A stretch of 64,000 bases of DNA from contig NC_068982.1 in assembly GCF_001194135.2 (NCBI RefSeq), positions 185,250,268-185,314,267 on the forward strand. The letters are read 5' to 3'. Shown one piece after another: positions 11,991-24,502 of the stretch. Numbering within the stretch: position 1 is the first letter of the stretch; the number at the start of each line of letters is the position of its first letter. The translations under genes were made by a program, and so were the position numbers. A model generated the notes under the pieces. That model was not told where the DNA came from. It saw only the letters and a program-made list of their open reading frames with translations, and did no database searches. This DNA comes from Octopus bimaculoides. Its lineage: Eukaryota.

Positions 11991-13096
11991 CGGGATGTTA
12001 GGGTTCATGGAGGAAATGTTTGGTGAGATGAGGTTCTAGAGAAGACTCACCCACATCAGCAAAACCGACTGCTAGAAGTGTTGTGTCCCACCTGCACATA
12101 ACAATAAACATTTTACACACCCTACCCCAAGAAACCGAACTACATCTCCTCTTCATACATTATGACTGTCTCCCTCTCCCATTCGCTGCCCTCACTGCAT
12201 AGCTATTTTCCTCCACCCCATCTTTATACCCAGGTTTTTGCCAGTCACTGCAATTCCCACTCCCTTCTCATGCCTTCTCGGCAATACCTGACTGCATATA
12301 TTATGACCTCCGTACCTTGAGGGCATGCCCTGACAATTGCCACCACTTATCTCTCTCTTCCTTACCCTACCATCACATCCATGCTCTGATCCTTATTACT
12401 TGTGAGTATACCCTGGTACTTCACTATCTCTCTCCTGCTCTTTCTTACACTTTTGCTGTTTCCCCCCACCTCTCTCTCTCTCTTTCCTTTGCTCTTCCTT
12501 CTAGCTGGGTAGCCATGTATCTCCTCTACAGCAGCACACCTATATCTGCCCTCATTCTCGATCACTCTCTCTCCTCTTACTTTTCCCTCTGACTAGGTAA
12601 CCAAGTATCTCCTATACATCAGCACACCTGTTTATCCTCTTTCTTGTACCTTTCCTCCCCTCTCTCACCAGGTACCCATGTACTTCCTCTACAGCAAGAC
12701 ATCTGTTTCTGCCAATCTGTTCCTCTGACATACTCTAACCTTTCATCATCTGACACAAGATCCCCTCCTCCAATGCCCTTACCCCTCTCAAAATTCCTTG
12801 TCTTCCAAGTAATTGGTAACCCTGCCAGTGCTGGTGCCTTGTAAAAAGCATCCAGTCCACACTGTAAAGTGGTTGGCATTTGGAAAGGCATCCAGCTGTA
12901 AAAATCATGCCAAAACTAACCTTGCCTGTGCTAGTGCCACATAAAAAGCACTGAGTCCACTCAGGAAGGGCATTCATCCGTAAAAACCCTGCCAAAACAG
13001 ACACAGTAGCCTGGGGTAGTCTTCTACCTGGCTGGCTCCTGTCAACCATTCTATCCATGCATGCATGGAAGATGGACATTAAATGATGATGATGAT
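11991..13096 (+). mobile_element. RTE-family element with long pyrimidine-rich 3' region
   Basis: RTE ORF end, about 750 bp CT-rich tract, duplicated GGCATCCAGCTGTAAAA module, (GAT)n tail; homologous to 60310-61862 and 62794-64000. Confidence 0.75.
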
Positions 13097-13197
13097 ATGA
13101 TGGGCTCCTTTCAGTTTCTGTCTACTAAATCCACTTACAATGCTTTGGCTGGCCTGAGGCTATAATAGAAGACACTGCTAAATTCATTGTCTTTTTA

Positions 13198-13358
13198 CCC
13201 TTTGGTTACCATATTTCTGTTATTATCTTTATCGTTATTAAACTGGTGTCTGGGACATAAAACTTTACATCAAAATTTCATTTGTGTTACTTAACTGAAA
13301 CCATTAAATTTGTGTCACAGAACCATGGGCAGTTTCAGGTGGGTTGATATCAAAGGAG
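13198..13358. mobile_element. piggyBac-like MITE (degenerate)
   Basis: TTTA|CCCTTTGGTTACC...GATATCAAAGGAG|TTAA. Confidence 0.45.
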
Positions 13359-14733
13359 TTAAGAAACTAATTAGCTCTTCCACAATGTAATTGCTTCAGT
13401 TTCAACACAGTCTTAATTAGGTCACTCACTAGAGAAGTACAACTTCAAAATAAATATATATCACCAACATTTTGACATTCGTTTTTTTCCAATGCTAGCA
13501 TGGGTTAGATGATACTTATTGAGGCAGATTTCTGATGACTGGATGCTCATCCTATCACCAAACCCCACTTATTTTTCATTCTACATCATCACATGTTCAC
13601 TGAACTATGGGATATTTATTCACTGGAGAAAGCAAAAAATGTTGGGTTTTTGTACAGTCCCTGTCTACCAATTACATTCACAAGACTTGGTCACACTGAG
13701 GCTACATAGTAGGAAGTAGTAAGTAGACTCTAATGGAAACTTGTAACCAATGGCACAACTGTTTAGAAAATGAGACAAAATAAGGTCAGGTATTTGGAGG
13801 TAAGGGTATATTTGTCTAGGGCCGTAACAATACTATCAAACCTCTTAGAGACAGAAGAGATAAAATGACCAAATAATTACAATTGTACTAAACTAGGATT
13901 CCATCAGTTTGTGAGATAGCATCTATGTAATCAGAGCAATTCATCCATCAGTTCAAAATCTCAATAAACTACCAAGCTAACTAGATTTAAAACAGAGACC
14001 AAGGCAAATAGGTAGAGGAACTTCTAAGTAATCTCTCAAATTAATTCAATGTACCAGCTAAATCTCCTTCAGTAAATATTTATGAAATAACTTGCACCAC
14101 TGACTTTAGCAGTTAAACTTACTCACAAAATTCTTCTTTGAAATATAACTAGCCTAGATGACACTGACAGAGCATGTCTGCATCCACTTGATTTACTAAA
14201 AGTAGCAGCTAAATTCCTTTGAATAGACACTTATCAATCTTAAAAATAAGAACCATATGAGCCAAGGAGGAAGTTTCTGAGTACATTACTTAGACAATGG
14301 AACAATCAAATCTTTAGCAACTAAAATTTTAGCATCTTGCACATCATTGCTTTCATATCAATGTTTATTTTCTTATGTTACACATCAGTTGGGCAGGTCA
14401 GTCACCCTGCATATTACTAGACAGCCCCTCATCAGTGAGGTTCAACATCCTGTGAGAGAACGACACCACTTCCTACCATTGCTAACATGCATTGTTTATG
14501 TGAGCATATAACAAAAAAGTGACGGAATCTTCATGTGGTTACATAATCTGTTAGAAGTAACAATCAAATCCCCTTGAATCATACCTTAATGTCATAAAAA
14601 AAAACAAAAAAACACACACACACAGAAGATAATGTAATTTTAGGTAAACTATATCTGAATAAACAATGTTGTGAGTCATGAATGGAGGACCTTTGATCAG
14701 GTCTATATCAAATAGGAATAGAGCTAGGGCTAA

Positions 14734-14943
14734 CCCTTTAGCATTCAGATCAGTCTATCAAATGTAATACTTATTGTTTTGAATTAATCATATATTATCA
14801 TGAAGTTTAGAGATTTCGATGATGTGATGGTATATTTTTAGAATGACATTGATGGGTAGGTGTGAAAGGCCAGGTCTGGTTGGTTTGAACATAAATCAGG
14901 TAGAATATTTTGGCTAGATATGACCAGTTTAAATGCTAAAGGG
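14734..14943. mobile_element. piggyBac-like MITE
   Basis: Perfect 12-bp TIR CCCTTTAGCATT/AATGCTAAAGGG; flanks CTAA and TGAA; interrupts the GGGCTAA-ACAACAA tail of a family C repeat. Confidence 0.75.
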
Positions 14944-15185
14944 TGAAACAACAACCACCATCACCAACTTATTACATGACTAAACTATCTTTAAAATGGA
15001 CACTACATATATCTTAAACTCTAAATCAATAAAGGTGAATTGAATGCTGGTCAAATGTTGAAACCCCACTCATTAAAAAACCCCAGATATTACATGTCTA
15101 AACATATGAAGTAGAGGTGACTAAATATAAACAACAACAACAACAAATACTCACACTCTCTGTCATAGTTCAAAGTTCATACATA

Positions 15186-15650
15186 CATCATCATCATCAT
15201 CATCGTTTAACGCCCGCTTTCCATGCTGGTATGGGTTGGACGATTTGACTGAGGACTGGCAAGCCAGAAGGCTGCACCAGGCTCCAATCTGATCTGGCAG
15301 TGTTTCTACAGCTGGATGCCCTTCCTAACGCCAACCACTCCGAGAGTGTAGTCGGTGCCTTTACATGCCACCGGCACGAGGGCCAGTCACACGGTACTGG
15401 CAACGGCCACGCTCAAAAGGTGTTTTTTACGTGCCACCTGCACAGGAGCCAGTCCAGCGGCACTGACAACGACCTCGCTCGAATGATTTTCTAACGTGTC
15501 ACCAGCACAAGTGCTAGAAGGCAATGCTGGTAATGGTTAAGCTCTAATGGTGCTATTTACGGGCCACTAGCACGGAAGCCAGACAGCTGCTCTGGCAATG
15601 AACACGCTCGACAGTGCTGTTAGTGTTCCACTGGCACGGTGACCAGTCAT
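15186..15650 (-). mobile_element. RTE LINE 3' end with expanded tandem modules
   Basis: (CAT)n tail, family core, repeated GCCACCGGCAC-like units. Confidence 0.88.
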
Positions 15651-16673
15651 CAAGTATTTCAATATATCATATATACAGAGTGTGAGAGGTATCCAAGGAC
15701 ATAATTGGTAATTTACTAAAACAACTGTAATCTAACAAAAACCAAATGCATTTTAATAAAAATCTGCACACATGTTCTCGATAAGCTTTCTAAGATTTTC
15801 TATAAATTCACCTTCAGCTTTGATGATTTTTAGTGTAAGAGTAGAATCTTCGACATGCTTGCACAAAATGGTCTTTATTCATTTTGGACATCACCTGGAC
15901 AATGGTGACCTTCAGTGTAGCTGTGGTACTGGAGGTTGTCAATTAGTCTCCCTTTCAACCACATTGCGAACGTAGAAGTTATTGAGATTTAAATCAGGCA
16001 AGTTTGGAGACCACAAATTTAGTATTACGTTTGTAAAGATTGTCCGACTCCTATTTTTGGGTTATATAGGCTTTGTAAGAAGGTGCTGTCGTATTGAAAC
16101 ACATATGGCCTTTCCTTGCTTACTTCATCTATCCAGGGATTAACAACTGTCTTCAGTACCTCAATGTATCCATCAGCATGAATTCTAAAACCTTGTGGAA
16201 AGATGTGAGGTGACGTGACCTTCATTAATCACCATTCCTAAAATCATCACAGTTGCTGGTAACTTAGTGTGAATCACTGTGGGGACATCAGAAGGATCTG
16301 CACACAACCATCTGTCTGATAGTTTACTCCGACACCTAAAATTCTCTCGTGGTGGCCCTCAAATGATTCAAGATCATCATTATAATGTTTTGAACCAGTT
16401 AGATGAATCGTGGTGTCCTTATAGTGTCTGAACATTCAGCATTATTTTTCCTCTTTGATAGAGTGGAAATACTCCCACTACAAGCTTCCATGTCTATCCA
16501 AAATTTGGGTATAAAAAAAAATCTTTTGTAACATTTAGAAAGTTGGCAATTTCTGTATCACTGCTGGTATTGCTGATGTGTCCTATTCATACAACAATTG
16601 CATGTCTCTTCATCTCATGAATTAGCATTTTATCTGACATGGGGATCTGAAAGAAATAAAACTTTTTAGTTAA

Positions 16674-18885
16674 TGTTTACAAGTACACCAGCACGAAAAA
16701 AATCGACCTTTTTTTATCATTTTTTGAAATATTTTCAGTGGATTCCTATGTTTTCGATGACGGAGATTCTTAATATGCCAAAAACCATGTTTTCAAAATT
16801 TTCAATTCCCCCTCCCCACCCTAAAATTTTAAAATTTTAACTTTTTTTAGAATTTTTTTTTCAATCTATGTGGAAAAATATGGAGATTAAGAATATGGAA
16901 AAAAAATAATTAAAATCAAATTTTCTTTGAGGAAACTCCAAAATTGATTCATAACATCCCTTGCCACCCCATTCCGTTGTCTAAAAGTGAAAATGAACAG
17001 CTTGTGTGTTTATGTGTGCACGTGTGAATGAACTGAGAAAATACACTGAAATATGTTTTACATACCTGCCGTATATGTTGGTTTTGCTTTTTCGCTTTAA
17101 AGGTGAACGGTCCTGATAGAAGCAAACATGATATTCAATATGTTTTGTTCTTCATTCAGAAAGAATAAAAACTTCATGTGACTTCATTCATGTGTATCCC
17201 CACCCACAAAAAAAAAAGTTTGTATATTCGGAATCTACATGATATAACATATATTCGTAGAAAATTTCATTAAAAAATATTCATTTTTCTGAAAGTTATG
17301 ATCATCCAAAGTCGGTGGGACAGAAATCTGTAGTTATGCCTGGAATTTAAGTGCATGGTGTCCACAAAATTGACAATTGCTCCAGAGAAGGGAAGATAAG
17401 TTTTTGCAAATCAGATACTCCAGATCATTTCCAAGGGCACCATGAAAAGAAATCTGAAACATCTCCGTCAAAACGGAAAAATTCCAACTTCTTGGTGCTT
17501 CCTAACTCTGAAGTCGGCCTATATATGTATCTATGTGTATCTTTGTGTTTGACACCCTGTCACCGCTTATAACCGCTGTTGCTGAACATTATTTACAATG
17601 GAGAGATAGGTATCCTCATTGTGTTTGTTGTTATCACAACGTTTCACCTGATGTACTCTCCAGCCTTCATCCTGTATTCTGGTGGAATTTTGAACCCAAC
17701 CCTTTATTTGACTAATGTTGCGGTGCGGTTTGGCAAAAAAACAAAACAATAGAATAAGTACTAAGCTTCAAAAATAAGGGATCGTCTTGTTCAACTAAAG
17801 CCCTTCAAGGCGATGCTCCAGCATGGCCACAATCAAGTGACTGAAACAAGTAAAGGAGTAACTCCACAATGTCACCTTTCTATAGTCTGAGTATGGAGCT
17901 TGTTATTTGGATAAAAAAAAAATTCAGTGAATCACTGACCCACATAAAAAGACCCCGATTGAATATCAAACATGTTTCATGAAATTTTGATATGTTACTG
18001 GGCACAACTACAAATTTCTGCCCTCCACTAACTTTGGACGATCATAAGTTTCAGAAAAATGGATAATTGTTAGTGAAATCTTCTACGAATGTGTTATATC
18101 ATGTAGATTCCGAATACGCAAAAATTTTTTTTTGGGGGGGGGGGGGAATTTCAGAAAATTCACTGGAGTCCACTTCAGTTCATCATAACTTTCAAGAAAA
18201 TAGATATTTTTTAATGAAATTCTCTACAAATATACTTCAGATTATGTGGATTCCAAGGGCATGGGAATTTTTGGGGAAAATAATTGGGAGTTATTTTTGA
18301 GAACCGTTCCCCACTCGCGGGTGTTTCTGAACAAGTCCATGTTTGTAGAGAATTTCATTAAAAAATATCCATTTTCTTGAAATTTCTGAATCCCCACCAC
18401 CAAAAAAAAAAAAAAGGCTGTATCCTTATGCCACATATTTTATGCCCTTTAGAAATAATTCCTGATAGACAAGGGGCTTTCACAGTCTTCATATTCTTAA
18501 CTGCTACCAAGAAGAATGGTTGGACCCTCACTTATGTTCACATTAGGACAGCTCTCTCACATTTAGTAGCTTTTCATATTTGCAAGCTGTTCATTTTCAC
18601 TTTTAAATAGCAGGATGAAGTGGCAAGGGGGTGTATGAATCAATTTTGGAGTTTCCTCATAGAAAATTTGAAATTAATTATTCTCTTTTTTTCCGTATTC
18701 TTAATTTCCATATTTTCCCATGTAGATTGAAAAAAAAAAAAAAAATCCGAAAAAAGTTAAAATTTAAAAATTTGGGGTAGCGAGGGGGAATTGAAAATTT
18801 CGAAAACATAGTTTTTGGTATATTCAGAATCTCTGTCATCGAAAACAAAAGGTCAATTTTTTTCACGCTGGTATACTTGTAAACA
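16674..18885. mobile_element. Unclassified 2.2-kb non-coding element with about 300-330 bp terminal inverted repeats
   Basis: TTAA|TGTTTACAAGTA...TACTTGTAAACA|TTAA; arms 16674-17004 and 18584-18885; inner inverted pair about 17195-17342 / 18000-18150. Confidence 0.85.
17518..17860 (+). mobile_element. SINE family B, 3' half
   Basis: ATAGAATAAGTACT...GGCGATGCTCCAGCATGGCCACAATCAAGTGACTGAAACAAGTAAA. Confidence 0.75.
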
Positions 18886-18996
18886 TTAATCAACTTCTTA
18901 ACTGGTTTGGAGAGAGTAACACACCAATCATTAAGTACCCTCAAATACCCCTTGCACCCTATATAGATCGTGTGAGTGTATTTATATGGTATAGGG

Positions 18997-19143
18997 CAGT
19001 GCTCCACAACTGGTACACCATGGTGTAACCTGAATATCATTTTTTCCCCCATGCTTTTTGTTATAGTTTTAGTTCAGGTGTACTGCTGAATTTTGAAAAG
19101 AATATAAGTATACTGAAAGTGAAAAAAAGGTTGCGGAGCACTG
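18997..19143. mobile_element. hAT (Charlie-like) MITE
   Basis: TIR CAGTGCTCCACAAC/GTTGCGGAGCACTG; 8-bp TSD GTATAGGG/GTTTAGGG. Confidence 0.85.
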
Positions 19144-19249
19144 GTTTAGGGCTACATTTGAACAGAAACACCTTGCAGTGTTCACCAATTTAGTTACCTC
19201 CCTTTGCATCTCAACACATCACAAGGCCAGTCAGTGGATGGGTGGAACA

Positions 19250-19620
19250 TGCAGTGCGGTCTGTGAATGCAGAGGACATACAATGTCAGTATGCACACAT
19301 AACAGAATGTAACTTAAGAAAAAAATTGGATATAAGGCATCAGATGTAGTGTGCGAGAGACCGCTAGTATCATTATGTGATGCATACAGATGGGGAGACA
19401 GCTGATCTTTAACTGTGGAAGAGGTAGACCAAGGAAGACATGGTGAAGTATAATCTTCGGATGCCAAGTCTCACCGAGGCAATGACAAGTGACTGAGACC
19501 TTTGGCGATTTGTTGTGCCTTAGAAGACTCATCAAGCTGAATGAAATTGTAGTCATGGCCAGTGCTGGTGACATGCAAAAGGCATCCAGTACACTCTGTA
19601 AAGTGGCTGGTGTTGGAAGT
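19250..19620 (+). mobile_element. RTE LINE ORF 3' fragment
   Basis: GGAAGAGGTAGACCAAGGAAGACATGG (GRGRPRKTW) followed by the family 3' region. Confidence 0.75.
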
Positions 19621-22600
19621 AAGTTTGCAGCATAGAACCAAGGGAGGTGTCAGGCAGGTTGGTATCAAAAGCATTATTACAAGTATTTTGCTGAAAGGCA
19701 CAATCTTATGTGTATGAATTCACAACCAAAGTGTTGACACACAGTATAAAACCTAATGAACATACGAAGACAAATGGCATGCTCTAGTATGGATGAAATT
19801 CCTATTTACTGTAGTAAAGGAAAGCAATCTAAGAGTTCTGGCCACTCTGAAATGTAAAGGATTAGGCCAGAGAAGGTTTGAAGTCCAGTAAGGAAACCTC
19901 TTTGGTGTTAGTGTTGTCACATTTTTCCTTTTCTTTTTTAAGCTATGCAATATAACTAGTAACACATGCAATATAACTAGTATAAAAATATATAATTTCA
20001 TATCAACAATATCATAATCAGTGAACATCATTATCATTAGCAATTTAATTTTTAAACATGAACAGAAATATAAATACAGAGACAAAAGATACCCAGAATA
20101 CTTTGTAAATGAATGAGATTTTTTTTTCTTTTTTTTACAAATGTTTATTTTACAATATATATATAAATATTGCTGCATAGTGAAGATGGTAGCAAGCTCT
20201 GGTATAGTGCGAGGGCAAGTAATGATGAATTTAGGGAACCTAGAAGCTGCCCACTGGTTGAGATCACTATTGCTTCAGAACATTTATACATATGAACATA
20301 GATGTAATAGGTTAGTTGTGAAATCAGAGTTAACTTGTCTACAATCAAAAACAATGAAAAATTTAATCTCTACAAATACTATCTTTTGATTATTATTATT
20401 ATTATTATTATTACTTTAACTAAGCTGTATGGTTGGAAAGTTGTTGACAAAATAATTGTACAACACATTGGAATTAATACTATTTTAATTAAGACAGGAA
20501 GCTTTTGCAACATATACCTATTGAATTGTGAAACATAAAAATGACATCTTTCAAACTGAAAGCAGTAGACAAAAATATTCTTGGTCTAACTCTTCCTATC
20601 CAAAAACTCTCTCTCAGCCTACATTTCCCCTTTATCCACTAACCTGCAACAGTTTAACATGGACCCCACTCAGTCATTTTTCTCGAACCTAGTTAAACAG
20701 GCTCAAGAAAGATATTGGATATTACTCTTCCTTAAAACTAGCATGAGTGACTGGCTGCAGGTAACTTGGATGCCCTGTCTATCGGAGTAAAAAATGAGTG
20801 CAGATATCAAGTCAACAACATGCAAGAAGCTGCCTTAATGGATCTTCTCTACATGGTATAAATTTAATAAAATTATCTTGTGATCAGACTAATTTATCTA
20901 AGCCATAGCGAATTAAAATATTGGCTTTTTTCCTCTGGATCATTAGTCACTTCTGTTGATCAAGTATCAGATTTTTGGTGCCATAACCTTCCTACAGACA
21001 TATGGCAAATAAAATACAAGATTCCAGGAGAAATGCTTAATACACACAATATAAACATGGTAGAGGAAGTATAAACAATTTGTTGAAACTTCAAAGAAAT
21101 ACAGAACTCGGTTAGTTTCACATATTTTATGATCACCGAATTAATTACCTTAGCGCACACAATTGAAGATCACGCAGGAACTAAACTTTCACTTCAGATT
21201 AACAATGTGCTTGCATTTTATGGTAAACCTTTTATCAAAACGGTCACAGCTTAGCACAGCAGAGGTCTACCATATAGAAATGACCCTAAACTGCTGCATC
21301 AGGTTCACCCAGTGAAAGTAAACACAGCTTGCCACAAAAAATGTGTACTATGTGAGAATAATCAACTTGTATATCCATGTGGGAATTACTTCAATAATAT
21401 ACAGACCAAAGACATGGAATAGTTACATACGCCTGGTATATCTAAAGTTTGTAAAGAAAATGTTCATTAACGACAAAAATAATTCTTGAAATGTTTGTGT
21501 AAGTGTAAACTTGAGTAACTCAAGATTGTCAGTCAAGCTTACAGTAAAAGAATTCTAGATTACTGTAGTCAACAATCAATTGTATAACACCATCATTATA
21601 TTTGTATACAGTGAAGCAGTTGGGAATTCTATAACCCACAACGCTATCGTTCATAAAGCGCGAATGTGAGGTTACTGGCATGATACACACGCCTCAGACT
21701 GGGTTACGACTATTGCTACCTTGTTAACACATTAAATGCTACTTCCCACGTTATTTCAAAATCCACCACCACCACCAGCATTGACATCTGAGAAAAAAAA
21801 AACTTTGGATGTTATCATTTCATTATTATTCTAAAACAATAATTAATAAAAAGAAAAGTCAGTAGTAAAAAATAGCACTGAATAAACAAAACGTTTCCCT
21901 GAGTGTCTATCATTACGTGCAGACCACTAATGCAACCACTGACAAACCGACTCAATACCAGTGGTAGTAATAGTTGCGGGAGGGGGAATTGAGACAACGT
22001 GACAAGGTGTTTTTGTAACTGTAAATAGATGAACTAATTGGTATACATTGGTGACGAGGTGGGGTAATGCACCGAGCTTTGATTGACATCCCCTTATTCC
22101 AGGCCATTCGTCGGACTCGATACTAAACCCTAAAATAAACAGAGAACTAAATACACTGTATAGTTTTCATGAAATTAATTTATGGATGAATTTTTTTTTT
22201 TTCTTTTGATAGAAATATGAACAATTGTAAACTTCAAGCAAATACAAGTAGACGTGTGTAGATGTGTGAAAGTATGTTGTATATATGACACACCCACGTG
22301 TTAGTATGTTTGCAAGTAACATCCATTGTATTGAAAGGGTGGATAAAAAGAATATAAAAAGCGAGAGAAGAGTCAAAGAAAGCTATTTTCACACAAATAT
22401 TAAATAAAACGTTAACATTTCTCCCAAATTATTGGGATGTGCCATTCGCTTTCAAAGACTTGTTTGGGTGTTAAGTAAACAAAGCTAAAAGACTATTCAA
22501 ACTATATTCAATAAACACATCAGTTTCTCAACCAACGACAGACGTTCGAAACGAAGTCAAGCAACGTGACAAGGTAGAAATGACGTAAACACCAGCCCCA

Positions 22601-23456
22601 TTAAGATTATTTACAACCGAAGTGGATTCAAAATATAACCTCCACTCATGGATTGCATCAGTTACGCTCGTACTTCAGAATTAGTATTGGAGAGAGGAAG
22701 TGCGAAAAACGCTGGAAGTACTTTTCTCTTCCTTGAAAATCATCAATATTAACGTGTACTTATTTCACAGCTTCACAAAAACCCATCTCCATACAGTGAA
22801 TGTACAGATTTTAGTTTTGAAATTGAAACACTTCAAAAGTAAAATATATTTTCTACGTAAATGCGCAGACTTTCTTTCTGTTTGTAAATTCAAACGTACT
22901 TAATATATTATTCCCGACCATCTATCTGGCTGTAAGCAAGGTTATCAAGTTATAAAATCTCAACTTATTGTATACAAACAATAGTGTGTACAAACGTATG
23001 TGAATGGAAAATTTTCGTATTTATTATGCGTATATATTGGTGTACTGCTATTTTTGAATAGATATATTAATGTGTATGCACTGTAATTCTCTGGTTATTA
23101 TTTGTGGTCCCACATTCTTCACATTATTCTGATGATAAAAAAAATCTCGAAATGGTATTGAGAGGTAATGGGTTATATGTAGTTACACTTGTTTCTTGTT
23201 AGTTTTCTTTATGTCTATAATTTTATAGATCTTTGATATGGAATATATTGGACATAAGTTTCATATGAAGAAACATTTTTTATAAATGATTTTGCTAAAA
23301 ACAAACAAACAAACAAACAAAAGGAACATGACTAATAATGGCTAGTGATAATAAGGGTCAGTGAAATGTAATAGATGGTGTGAACCACACACACACACAT
23401 ACATACATACAAATATATACATAAATATACAGTGATATATCAATAACTATATATTA

Positions 23457-24365
23457 TCACTCGGGACCTATAACCAAAGCAGAAAGGGCAAACATGATAA
23501 ATACAACCCCTCCAACCAATGTGACAGTTCTTGTAGAAATCCTCTGTGCTATTATCCGGCCGCCAACCACAGCTAGTCCGGTACAAAGAGAGTGTCCTAA
23601 GACACCACCAATTATAACACCGTAAATATCCTCACGAGCCGCCAAAATAATCGTCGTCACCTGGGATCGATCCCCCCACTCAGCCAGAAAAGTCAGAGTC
23701 AAGGCTTGCAGAAATATTGTAGATATTAATCCGGTCAGCCATCGCCGGCCGGGAGTTCGAATTATGCCAGTCTCTACGTCCTGAGAGTAGCTGGCTTTCT
23801 GCATTTCATCCTCTCTCTTCTTCAGATCAGCTTGCACTTCTTCGTACTCCTCCTGGCCGTCGTCCGCAGACATTTCGTAACCGTCCTTCAGCATCTTCAG
23901 TCCGAATATAGCGAAGAGTAATGAAGAGATATAGAAGGTATATTTCCGAGGGATAATTGTAGTTGCAAAACCGAGAATAGCAGATAAAACAGTCATAAGT
24001 GCCAAAGCTGCCATAGCTCCCAAAAACACTGTCACCCGGGAATGTCGCATGGCCATTATAGCCGCAATGAAGAAGGTTTTATCTCCCAATTCGGACACTA
24101 TAATGACCGATAGAGAAGCAATAAAGGCATGAATAAAGCCTAAATTAGTTGATCCTATCGCTTCGGTCTCTTTCTGTGTTCCATAGGGGCCTGTTTTGTC
24201 AACAGTGTGTGACACCCCCAGTTTGTGTTTGTTCGAGCCCAGTGGTCCTGCATCGTTCTTAATTCCTGGTTCTAATGGAATCGACTCTGCGTTAGATATG
24301 GCAACGAGCAAAGAGAGACCGAATGTAGATATCAAACACCATCTCAGCACCCACGAAACTGTCAT
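23457..24365 (-). CDS. TMEM165: TMEM165/GDT1 family Golgi Ca2+/Mn2+:H+ antiporter, 302 aa, uninterrupted CDS
   Basis: Both UPF0016 motifs intact (SELGDKT, AEWGDRSQ); N-terminal signal-like peptide; acidic central loop DDGQEEYEEVQADLKKREDE; GHSLCTGLAVVGG; no stops or frameshifts. Confidence 0.97.
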   Translation of the reverse strand: MTVSWVLRWCLISTFGLSLLVAISNAESIPLEPGIKNDAGPLGSNKHKLGVSHTVDKTGPYGTQKETEAIGSTNLGFIHAFIASLSVIIVSELGDKTFFIAAIMAMRHSRVTVFLGAMAALALMTVLSAILGFATTIIPRKYTFYISSLLFAIFGLKMLKDGYEMSADDGQEEYEEVQADLKKREDEMQKASYSQDVETGIIRTPGRRWLTGLISTIFLQALTLTFLAEWGDRSQVTTIILAAREDIYGVIIGGVLGHSLCTGLAVVGGRIIAQRISTRTVTLVGGVVFIMFALSALVIGPE

Positions 24366-24391
24366 AGCACGTTCTTTCGCCAGCGTTATTT

Positions 24392-24495
24392 CTGTAGACA
24401 GACACTTAAATCTGTTTTAGGAATAAAGAAGAGAAAGTGAATCAGAAGCGACAGTTATCAACTACGTCTGTCTCGAATTATGTCGACAGACTTAC
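24392..24495 (-). other. Candidate 5'-UTR intron of TMEM165 (84 or 104 nt)
   Basis: Consensus donor CCG|GTAAGT at 24495; pyrimidine tract and acceptors AAACAG| (24412) or CTACAG| (24392) just upstream of the ATG. Confidence 0.65.
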
Positions 24496-24502
24496 CGGAA
24501 GT
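24495..24502 (+). promoter_or_regulatory. ETS-type motif CCGGAAGT in CpG-enriched TMEM165 5' region
   Basis: Exact motif seen; it overlaps the candidate donor; function is inference. Confidence 0.3.

Larger units (their letters stand above)
15676..18961 (-). mobile_element. Tc1/mariner transposon, decayed, with nested insertions
   Basis: TA-flanked TIRs CAGAGTGTGAGAGGTATCCAAGGAC vs TAGGGTGCAAGGGGTATTTGAGGGT (differences are transitions); transposase remnants MKRHAIVV, YIEVLKTVVNPWI, YVFQYDS, WSPNLPDLN. Confidence 0.8.

Noticed and set aside
21720-21787. Peptide FEITWEVA resembles the glycogen synthase motif FEVAWEVANKVGG, tempting given UGP2 nearby
   Set aside because: The invariant NKVGG(I/V)YTV does not follow and no further glycogen synthase exon was found; treated as chance
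22123-22134. CTAAACCCTAAA as a possible telomerase RNA template
   Set aside because: It would template TTTAGGG rather than the TTAGGG typical of molluscs; single short word with no supporting structure
23129-23160. CTGATGA...CGAAA hammerhead-like words in the TMEM165 3' region
   Set aside because: No stem II closing pair and no stem I; likely chance in AT-rich DNA
24196-24420. 74-aa plus-strand ORF
   Set aside because: Antisense shadow of the TMEM165 CDS with no recognisable motif
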